From: Klebsormidium nitens
Taxonomy: Eukaryota > Plantae > Klebsormidiophyceae
DNA length: 64,000 nucleotides
NCBI GenBank assembly: GCA_000708835.1
Contig: DF238763.1
Span: forward strand, 1-64,000
Direction: 5' to 3'
Shown here: positions 1 to 7,990 of the stretch, one piece after another
How positions within the stretch are numbered: position 1 is the first letter of the stretch
Layout: the number at the start of each line of letters is the position of its first letter
Notes under the pieces: model-generated
What the model was told of the DNA's origin: nothing
What the model saw: only the letters and a program-made list of their open reading frames with translations
The model's database searches: none
Made by a program: the position numbers and the translations under genes

Positions 1-139
1 TTATTCTTTTTTACGCCTCTTTTTTGGGTGATTTTTCATATCTTTCAAAAAAAAAAAATGATTTAAAAAGTAAAGTTTTGTATTCTTTTCAAAAAAAAAT
101 GAAAATGAACCACTTTTTACCCTATTGAAAACTTCAATT

Positions 140-210
140 AGGCTAAGGGTGGAATCGAACCACCATTTCAAGATTTGCAGTCTAATACATTTCCTTTATG
201 TTACTTAGCC
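140..210 (-). tRNA. trnC: tRNA-Cys(GCA)
   Basis: Cloverleaf GGCTAAG...CTTAGCC, anticodon loop CT-GCA-AA, T-loop TTCGATT; U28:U42 mismatch in the anticodon stem. Confidence 0.95.
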
Positions 211-521
211 TCTCTCTATAACTTAATAACTACGGTTATAAGAATCTCTTTTATTTTTGAAAAGAATCATAAAGAATTCTTCGTTAAAGTTAACAACGAG
301 CTTCAATGGGGTGGCCACAAAAAAAAAAGTGTAAAAGATTTTTACCAATTGCTTTGCTTTCTTTACTGGTATTGACTCCATTCATTATAGCCTTTAAAAA
401 ACGTTCAGGGCTATCGCCTATCGCCGATTTATTCCATTATTAAAAAAAAAAGAACAAAATTTTGAATGTTAGAACAGTCTTTTATAAGCCCTTAAAGGTA
501 CTGAAAGGAGTTGCTGTGGTA

Positions 522-594
522 TGGGTGCGGCAGGGTTCGAACCTGCGACCATTAGGTTAAAAGCCCAATGCTCTGCCAACTGAGCTACGCACCC
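522..594 (-). tRNA. trnK: tRNA-Lys(UUU)
   Basis: GGGTGCG/CGCACCC acceptor stem, anticodon arm TTGGG-CTTTTAA-CCTAA. Confidence 0.97.
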
Positions 595-1208
595 GTATAT
601 TCAAAATATACGTCTTCATTTGAATGTGTTAGGGTCAGGTGGATTGCTTTACACTATTAACCAAGTGTGGACAATACAAATAACAATCTCCAGTTTAGCA
701 GTGAAGCAGAAAAAAACATACTTTTTATAAGTATAATTGATAAAAGTATAAAAAAGATAAAAAGCATTGAATGCGTTCAAAAAGGTAAGGTTTTGCTTTC
801 TTCAAAAAAAATGAATAAGCGCAGAGTCTACCTAACCCCCCTAGAGGGATTGGATCAAAAACCACACTTTTATAAAATGGAAAGTGCTCTCAATTTATTG
901 GAACTTTGTCTGTTTACGAAAAAGCTTTATTCGATTAGCCTATGGTTATTACCCTCTATTTTGAACCTATCAATTGCTAGCAATTAGAGAAAAATAAGAG
1001 AGCAGGTAAGAGCGGAGCGTGGAATGAGGCCACTCATTTGCTTTTTAGAATGCCTTAAAGAAAATGCTTATTCGGCTGTGGCTTTCTCTTTATTTTGCTG
1101 ATTCAGTTGCTCATCATTTTTATGTTCAGTGAGCTTATGCAACAGCTTTTATTTTTCGATTTTGCTCTAGTCATAAAATAGAGACTCGTTTTTATAAAAA
1201 ACGTTGCT

Positions 1209-1289
1209 TACGGCTAGAGGGACTCGAACCCCCATGGATAACCCGCCAAGTCCTAAGCCTGGTGCGTATACCAATTTCGCCATAGCCGC
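1209..1289 (-). tRNA. trnL: tRNA-Leu(UAG)
   Basis: Class II cloverleaf with long variable arm; anticodon arm CCAGG-CTTAGGA-CTTGG. Confidence 0.95.
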
Positions 1290-1354
1290 TTTCTTTGCTC
1301 ACTTTTTTGATTGACTTTCTTTTTTGTAATTCAAAGTATACCGAAAAAAACAGA

Positions 1355-1426
1355 AGCCTATGACTGGAATTGAACCAGTTCTCTCTCTCTTACCAAGGGA
1401 GCGCTCTACCACTGGGCTACGTAGGC
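1355..1426 (-). tRNA. trnT: tRNA-Thr(GGU) with three C:A stem mismatches (edited or degenerating)
   Basis: Anticodon loop TT-GGT-AA, perfect T arm ACTGG-TTCAATT-CCAGT; mismatches C6:A67, C12:A23, C30:A40. Confidence 0.8.
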
Positions 1427-1496
1427 TTTTAGTCATAATTTTTTCATACTCTTCGATTGCTTTTATTCTTTTTTGGGGTAGGATATTCTTTCCCGT

Positions 1497-1569
1497 TGGA
1501 GACGCCCGGACTCGAACCGGGAGCATCATGCGTGCAAGGCAAGCGTTCTACCAATTGAACTACGTCCCC
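1497..1569 (-). tRNA. trnA: tRNA-Ala(UGC)
   Basis: GGGGACG/CGTCTCC acceptor with the G3:U70 identity pair, anticodon TGC. Confidence 0.96.
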
Positions 1570-1570
1570 T

Positions 1571-1657
1571 TGGAGAGAAAGGGATTCGAACCCATGATAC
1601 AAAAAATTGTATTTTGATTTAGCAAACCAACGCTTTCAGCCACTCAGCCATCTCTCC
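1571..1657 (-). tRNA. trnS: tRNA-Ser(GCU)
   Basis: GGAGAGA/TCTCTCC acceptor, long variable arm, anticodon loop TT-GCT-AA. Confidence 0.94.
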
Positions 1658-2268
1658 TACTAGAGTACAAAAAGTCTTCGTACATACAATAACAAAAAGG
1701 GGATGTTAACCTGTTTGATGCGGTGCAGTGCGCAACCAGCGGGCTTAGTAAGCGAAGCTGTGCCAAAAAAAAAAGGTCTCGCTTTATCACACCCGCAAAG
1801 CGCTAAACTCGCTTAAAGAAATGTACGCACCTGTTGAAAAGAATGAGTTTCTGTTTTCCTACTTTTTATCCACTCTTCTTGGAGAATTATTGAATTTAGG
1901 GGGTTATCGAAGGAACAGCTCCTTTAGCGAAATCATTATCAAAAAAAGGATAATAAAAGAAAAAGAATCAATGAGCGACCGCCAATGAAGCGAATATACT
2001 TCACTTTGCTCAAAAAAAGAATCTTTTTTTAACCTTTTCGCTTGTGTGTACTTGACGCTTTAAGCTTTTCTATTTCTCAGTGGGGGAGGTTCAAAAAATA
2101 TATGGCGGGAACACGAGCGGGAGATAGCCATTTGTTTACTATTGCCTTTAGTATTACAAAATTTTTTTTCTTTGTTGGCCGACTCCTGCCCTGCCTACCC
2201 ACCGGAGTGCACTTCTTAAGCTATAGCTAAATACAATTTCAATTGCGTTTGCAAAAGCAAAAGAAGAT

Positions 2269-2340
2269 CGGGAAAGACGGGATTTGAACCCGCGATCTAT
2301 GACGTGACAGGCCATCGCTTTGCCACTAAGCTACTTCCCC
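2269..2340 (-). tRNA. trnD: tRNA-Asp(GUC)
   Basis: Canonical cloverleaf, anticodon arm ATGGC-CTGTCAC-GTCAT. Confidence 0.96.
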
Positions 2341-2347
2341 TTTGTGC

Positions 2348-2420
2348 TGGGTAATAACGGACTTGAACCGCTAGCCCTCTCGGTGTAAACGAGATGCTCT
2401 ACCAATTGAGCTAATTACCC
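2348..2420 (-). tRNA. trnV: tRNA-Val(UAC)
   Basis: Canonical cloverleaf, anticodon arm TCTCG-TTTACAC-CGAGA. Confidence 0.96.
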
Positions 2421-2735
2421 GAACGTGCGGAGTGGAGGACGGTAGTTCCCCAGCGAAGCCACCCTGTTTGAGGAGCAAATAGTAACCCCTTCGGTAAACT
2501 CCTCGCTCATTCGTCTACCGCCCCCCTTCAATGCGTTTCACTCTCTATCGGGAGTGACTGCGTTAGTGGGGCTAGCGCCCCCCATTTTATTCCACTCCCG
2601 GGGGGGAGTGATTGAATTCAAAAAAATCTCTTTTTTTATTTCATTCCACTCCCGGGGGGGAGTGATTGAATTCAAAAAAATCTCTTTTTTTTTTTCATTC
2701 CACTCTTTTTAAGAGTGACTGCGTTGGTTTTCAAT

Positions 2736-3092
2736 CTATTCCCACTCCAAAGCCCCTTTCTTCCACTCATAAATAAAGCCAATCGTTAGAATCCACAAGA
2801 ACAGCATCATTGACCAAAAACCAAAAAAACCAATTGATTCTAAACAAACAGCCCACGGAAATAAAAAAGTTACTTCTAAATCAAAAATAATAAATAAAAT
2901 TGAAACTAAATAGAATCGAATATCAAACCTACTTCGAGCATCATCGAAAGGGTCAAAACCACATTCATAAGCCGAGAGTTTCTCTGGGTATGACAAATTA
3001 TTTGAAGCGGCAAATAAAAACGAAAGCGCAAGAAGCAGAATCGTTAGTAAAAAACTCACTACGATATAGATTAAAATAGGTGCAAATTCCAT
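2736..3092 (-). CDS. nad3: NADH dehydrogenase subunit 3
   Basis: [17 protein letters not shown] and [12 protein letters not shown] motifs; C-terminal [10 protein letters not shown]. Confidence 0.99.
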   Translation of the reverse strand: MEFAPILIYIVVSFLLTILLLALSFLFAASNNLSYPEKLSAYECGFDPFDDARSRFDIRFYLVSILFIIFDLEVTFLFPWAVCLESIGFFGFWSMMLFLWILTIGFIYEWKKGALEWE

Positions 3093-3300
3093 AAGAGTTT
3101 TTTCAATTCGAATTATAGTATGCGTTCTTTTATAGCTTTTGTTATAAGAAGTTTAAAACGTCATACATTTGAAAGCTTTCTAGTTTTGAAAAGTCTTATT
3201 CTTGACTGCGTTCCAAGAAGCTAAAAAAATTTTTTTTAGCTTTGGGCCTTCAAAACATAACGAAACAATAAGCATGAGATCCTACTGAATTTATCAAAAT

Positions 3301-3373
3301 AGGGGAGTATTTTCAACGGTAGAATAGTGGTCTCCAAAACCAAAGGTTAAGGGTTCGAGTCCCTTCTTCCCTG
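3301..3373 (+). tRNA. trnW: tRNA-Trp(CCA)
   Basis: AGGGGAG/CTTCCCT acceptor, anticodon loop CT-CCA-AA; CCA anticodon indicates the standard code. Confidence 0.93.
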
Positions 3374-3636
3374 TAATGATCCAGCAATGATTAAAAGTAC
3401 GCAGTCAATCGCTCTTCAGATAAGAAAGAGAACGCAACAGTCTTTCAAAAATGCAAGAATTTTGTTCAATTTTGAAAAAATCGCATAAGGCTTGGGCTGA
3501 AAAAAGTGCCAGGTGGAATCATTGAAAGTATTGTTGAAGAGGAGGGCGAGAGTTGATAGGGCTCAAGCCCCCCACTGTGTACCACTCCCTATCGGGATCG
3601 AAGAGACATTCCCCTCCAGGGAAGGGAGTAGAGTGA

Positions 3637-3779
3637 TTTCATTCAAAAAAATCTCTTTTTTTATTTCATTCAAAAAAATCTCTTTTTTTATTTCATTCAA
3701 AAAAATCTCTTTTTTTATTTCATTCAAAAAAATCTCTTTTTTTATTTCATTCAAAAAAATCTCTTTTTTTATTTCATTC
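3637..3779. repeat. Tandem array, 5 x 27-nt unit ATTTCATTCAAAAAAATCTCTTTTTTT (A7/T7 hairpin module)
   Basis: Direct reading; flanked by other modules of the dispersed repeat family. Confidence 0.95.
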
Positions 3780-4091
3780 GTGGCAATGGCGTGCCCCACG
3801 TTGTTCCACTCCCTATCGGGAGTGATTTCACTCGTGGCACTGACGTGCCCCACTTTGTTCCACACTTTTTTACAATATGTCTCTTCGCTACTAAGACTTA
3901 CGCCCTTTAGCTTCCCTAATAAACAATCTTTTTTTTTGCTACTTGGTTGATGGCTTACCGCTACGTTCAAAAAAAATCTCTTTTTGATTTTCGCCCCAAT
4001 CCGCTACGGGAAGCAAAGAGCCACTTCCCATAGCGGATTGGGGTGGCTCTACGCTCGTAAGACTTCTGCGTCTTCTTTTTCACCGCTTTTT

Positions 4092-5543
4092 TTATATGCA
4101 AAGGCAAAGTGCTGCTTGATGGGTTATTAAGAAAAGAGGAGATGGGTATAAAAAAAAGAATAAGACAAAAAAGAATGTAATGCCCAATAAGATTGCTTTG
4201 GCTTGATCCATAGGGCTATATACAACCCATCTCTTAGGTGTCTCAAAGTACATCACTTTTACAAATCGTATATAATAAAAACAGCTTATAACACTTGTCA
4301 ATACACCCACCAATGCTAATAATACTGCACCACAGCCTAGAGCAGCAAAAAACAAGTAGAACTTACTGCAAAAGCCTGCTAAAGGGGGGATTCCAGCCAT
4401 AGAGAACATTGTCATTGAAAGAGTCAAAGCCAACACAGGATTTGTTTTTGCAAGCGCTCCTAAATCTGCAATGTATTTCAAACTTTGCCTTAAGGAGAGT
4501 AAGACTGCAAATAGATTAATACTCATTCCAATATAAATGACTAAAGCAATGAGTAAAGATTGAATACCTTCTACTGTGCCACAAGAGAATCCAATTAACA
4601 GGTAACCTACATGACCAATAGAGCTATAAGCCAAAAATCTCTTGATCTTTTTTTGGGACATAGCTGCTAGGGTGGCAAAGAGCATAGAAGCAAGGCTACA
4701 AACAAAAAAGATTTGCTGCCAAGTTGGGTCATAGATGGACGAAACAAATAGGCGCAGCATGTTTGCTAAAATAGCAACCTTTGGTGCAATTGAAAAAAAA
4801 GCCATAACAAATGTAGGAGAGCCCTCGTACACATCCGGAGCCCACATATGGAAAGGTACTGCTGTAATCTTAAACAAAAACCCTACAGCGATCAATAAAA
4901 TTGCTAAAAAAATGCCCTTTTCAGGGATATCTAATAAAGTAATTTTGGCCAAATCTTCAAAATTTGTGGTTCCTGTAAATCCATAAATAAGAGAGCAGCC
5001 TAACAACAAAATGCCAGAAGAAAATGCGCCTAAAATAAAATATTTTAATCCCGCCTCTGTTGAAAACTCTGAGTTTCGCTTGGAGGCCGCAAGCACATAA
5101 AAACAAAGGCTTTGAAATTCAATCGCTAAATACATTGCAATCAGATCATATGCGCTAATCATTAAAAGCATGCTGCACAAAGATAGAAGCATTAAAATGA
5201 CAAATTCAAAGCTATTGAAAGTCTCCTGTTTGAAATATTCAAGGCTCATCAAGATAACACAAGCACTACTTGCGAGTACAAGAGTCGAGTTCATCAGAGT
5301 AAAATGATCAAAGATCAAGCTGCCATGAAAGCAGCAAACTGCAAAGTTTGGAAATGGGTGAGAAACAGTTAGCAGCAGGGTTATGAGAACAGTCAATAAA
5401 CCTAACCAGCCAATATTACTCGCTAGAGGTGGATATCCATATCTCTCGCTTGTGCTAAAAAAAGCACCATACATTAAGAGTAGGATTGTCGCACAACACA
5501 AAAAAATTTCAGGAAGAATTGCTAACAAATCGTGTATCAACAT
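4092..5543 (-). CDS. nad2: NADH dehydrogenase subunit 2 (ATG at 5543; the ORF extends to a TTG at 5603)
   Basis: STEAGLKYFILGAFSSG, FKITAVPFHMWAPDVYEGSPT and MAGIPPLAGF motifs. Confidence 0.98.
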   Translation of the reverse strand: MLIHDLLAILPEIFLCCATILLLMYGAFFSTSERYGYPPLASNIGWLGLLTVLITLLLTVSHPFPNFAVCCFHGSLIFDHFTLMNSTLVLASSACVILMSLEYFKQETFNSFEFVILMLLSLCSMLLMISAYDLIAMYLAIEFQSLCFYVLAASKRNSEFSTEAGLKYFILGAFSSGILLLGCSLIYGFTGTTNFEDLAKITLLDIPEKGIFLAILLIAVGFLFKITAVPFHMWAPDVYEGSPTFVMAFFSIAPKVAILANMLRLFVSSIYDPTWQQIFFVCSLASMLFATLAAMSQKKIKRFLAYSSIGHVGYLLIGFSCGTVEGIQSLLIALVIYIGMSINLFAVLLSLRQSLKYIADLGALAKTNPVLALTLSMTMFSMAGIPPLAGFCSKFYLFFAALGCGAVLLALVGVLTSVISCFYYIRFVKVMYFETPKRWVVYSPMDQAKAILLGITFFFVLFFFLYPSPLFLITHQAALCLCI

Positions 5544-6015
5544 AAGCGGATCAAACTTTGCCCAAACCCATAACCCTGTTAGAAAACAACCCTTACTGCT
5601 CAAAAGCTTAATAAGGAGTTAAACAAATGATGAAAAAAAAAGATTGTTTTGAACGAAGAACTATTTATAACTTATTCTTTTTGATGCACACAATTCGGTG
5701 GAATAAACGAGAACGGATTGTTCCCGCCCTATAGCGCTTTTTGAATATAGAAGAACTACCAACAAAAGATAGAAGAGCCACCGCCCCCTTCTCGCTATCC
5801 CTTCGCTTAGAGCTTTTGTTGTATAGAATTCTCAAACACTGATAGTTTGACAAAAAAAGAGGTTTTGCTGTAGGTTGTAGATTTATAGGAAACAACAAAT
5901 ATTTTACTCTTTTGATTGAATAAGCCCTAAAGAGGTTAGGAGAAGGAAAAGGGGTGAATTTCTTAATCCATTCATTCTTATTGATTCTATAAACAGCTTA
6001 GTAAAAGCAAAGATT

Positions 6016-6570
6016 CTAATTGCGAATGTGCTTATTTCTATTGAATAGAGCAAAGCATTGCTTTAATTGAATTGGTTGAGCTTTGCGGCCTTTTGAATAA
6101 CTGTACTGAATTTGAGCGGCCTCTTTGAATCCTGTAATTAGACTATGCTGCAATGTGTTGCGATACATTTTTTGAGAGCTCACTAAAATGTTTAATTGAT
6201 TGTCAATCTGTTGCCCTAAAGCAAAGCGCAAAGATTGGTACAATTCTGGCAAATTGATTTGAATTTCGTGGCTTATAGATTCCCCTATCTGTTCGGTAGC
6301 CGGTTGTAACTCATCGGCAATGAACTGCTGGTCGCGGATTGCAGATTGCAGATTGATCTGCTGCAATGTCATATGATGCTGTAACTCTTCTAGAATCGAC
6401 GTACCTCTTGATTGAAGACTGGCACGGATAGTATCTCCAAAACTTTTTTCAACATACAACACAAAGCCAATAAAACTTAGAGCTACCACAATCTCTTCGT
6501 TTAAAATTAAGATCTGTTTGGCGCAAATAACACTGAAAACTAAAACGATTAAAATGATATATCTAGGCAT
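6016..6570 (-). CDS. atp4: ATP synthase subunit b (orf25/ymf39)
   Basis: N-terminal SVICAKQILILNEEIVVALSFIGF signature; directly downstream of atp8. Confidence 0.9.
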   Translation of the reverse strand: MPRYIILIVLVFSVICAKQILILNEEIVVALSFIGFVLYVEKSFGDTIRASLQSRGTSILEELQHHMTLQQINLQSAIRDQQFIADELQPATEQIGESISHEIQINLPELYQSLRFALGQQIDNQLNILVSSQKMYRNTLQHSLITGFKEAAQIQYSYSKGRKAQPIQLKQCFALFNRNKHIRN

Positions 6571-6582
6571 GGATTTTAGAGT

Positions 6583-7185
6583 TTATTTTTTCACTTTTTT
6601 CCCAGAAAACCCACCCACAAAAAAGCCTTGTTTTTGCGCTTTCGTTCGCTTTGCTGTGCTCTTTGGCGAAACATCCTTTTTTTTGGCTTTGTTTGAAAAG
6701 CAACGCCTTAAGCCAATTAGAAATGCAACTTGCTTTGATTGGCTTCTATTCGCTAAAGGCAGTGCCTTTCCTGAAGACAAAAGTTGCGATGTTAATACCT
6801 GCCAAAGGCTTAATTGGCCTAGGAATGCAACACTTTTCTTATGAAGCTTTTGAAATTGCCCCATGTGAATGTTTGAGAGCTGCTGATTGTACCAATCCAT
6901 AGAATATTGTACAGTTTGAGAAAGAAATTCTCGGCTAAGCCGGCACACATCCCAAACAATTCGGCCTGTTAAAAGGACGGTAGGCTTTGATCCTTGTACT
7001 GAAAGTGTTTGAGCATCGGCTTGGGACTCTGTAACTGTAGAGCCAGCTGTAAGCTGTTTGCGAAGCTTTAATAACCGACTAATGCGCGGTAGCGCATTAT
7101 TAAGAAGCAAGATATAATAAGTAAATAAAAAAACACACAGCCAAACAACCTGTGTGAGGTAAGTAAATGAATCGAGTTGTGGCAT
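6583..7185 (-). CDS. atp8: ATP synthase subunit 8
   Basis: MPQLD start, transmembrane helix, [11 protein letters not shown]. Confidence 0.96.
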   Translation of the reverse strand: MPQLDSFTYLTQVVWLCVFLFTYYILLLNNALPRISRLLKLRKQLTAGSTVTESQADAQTLSVQGSKPTVLLTGRIVWDVCRLSREFLSQTVQYSMDWYNQQLSNIHMGQFQKLHKKSVAFLGQLSLWQVLTSQLLSSGKALPLANRSQSKQVAFLIGLRRCFSNKAKKKDVSPKSTAKRTKAQKQGFFVGGFSGKKVKK

Positions 7186-7413
7186 TGTATTAATTTTTGT
7201 TTTGCTAGAAGAAAAAAAATTTGAAAAAAAGCAGAGCCATAAGCTATAGAATCAAAAAATACAGTGACTTTCCTTAGATACACAGTCACTCCCGGTAAGA
7301 GGTGGGGGTGGAAAGGGAACGTTTAAAGGAGAAGAATCGATAGATTGCTTGAAGTATGGGACATAAGCCTTGTTGCCTATCGCCCCCATTTCATTCAAAA
7401 AAATCTCTTTTTT

Positions 7414-7597
7414 GATTTCATTCCACTCCCGGGGAGGGAGTGATTTCATTCCACTCCCGGGGAGGGAGTGATTTCATTCCACTCCCGGGGAGGGAGTGAT
7501 TTCATTCCACTCCCGGGGAGGGAGTGATTTCATTCCACTCCCGGGGAGGGAGTGATTTCATTCCACTCCCGGGGAGGGAGTGATTTCATTCCACTCT
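7414..7597. repeat. Tandem array, 6 x 28-nt unit GATTTCATTCCACTCCCGGGGAGGGAGT
   Basis: Direct reading; each unit carries a CACTCCC/GGGAGTG hairpin. Confidence 0.95.
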
Positions 7598-7990
7598 CTA
7601 TCGGGGCGAAGAACCACTCACTGAAAGCACTTGCTTCTTTTTCCACAGATTTATTGAAGCCATCAAAAAGGGCAGAGAAAGGCGCAACTCCAAGAAGATT
7701 TGACTGAAGGGGATGGGGAGAAAGCAGCCAAAGTGCTTGTGTTGTAATTATGAACAGGTTGAGTCATAGATCCAATGTTCTTTTTTGAATGGGAAAAGAG
7801 GGGGGTTCTTTGGCTCTCACCACATATTAAGGCTTGAAGCAATTTTTTGGTGGCGTCACAAACAATTTTGTTTTTATTCCACAAAAAAAAAGAAAGGAAT
7901 AGAATAAAAGACACGGGACTTTTGCGCCTTAACGCCAAGCAGGCATGGCATTTTTCGCTTAGTACTGAAATGAGAAAGAATTGAACAATC

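Noticed and set aside
140-210. U28:U42 mismatch in trnC as a sign of degeneration
   Set aside because: This non-canonical pair is a known conserved feature of plant mitochondrial tRNA-Cys(GCA)
667-987. 106-aa ORF considered as a divergent rps10
   Set aside because: GTG start, lacks the TVLRSPH...KKSREQF signature, AT-rich spacer composition
1698-1720. GGGGATG...TTTGAT as a mitochondrial tmRNA 5' end
   Set aside because: No T arm or CATCTCCA acceptor strand was found upstream (permuted form) or downstream; kept only as an unassigned structured segment
3513-3970. ORFs of 145 aa (+) and 135 aa (-) with KKISFFISF / NEIKKEIFL repeats
   Set aside because: Translation of a 27-nt tandem repeat; open in both directions only because the unit length is a multiple of 3
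7414-7597. CRISPR-like appearance of the tandem hairpin arrays
   Set aside because: Units are contiguous and identical with no unique spacers, and there are no cas genes
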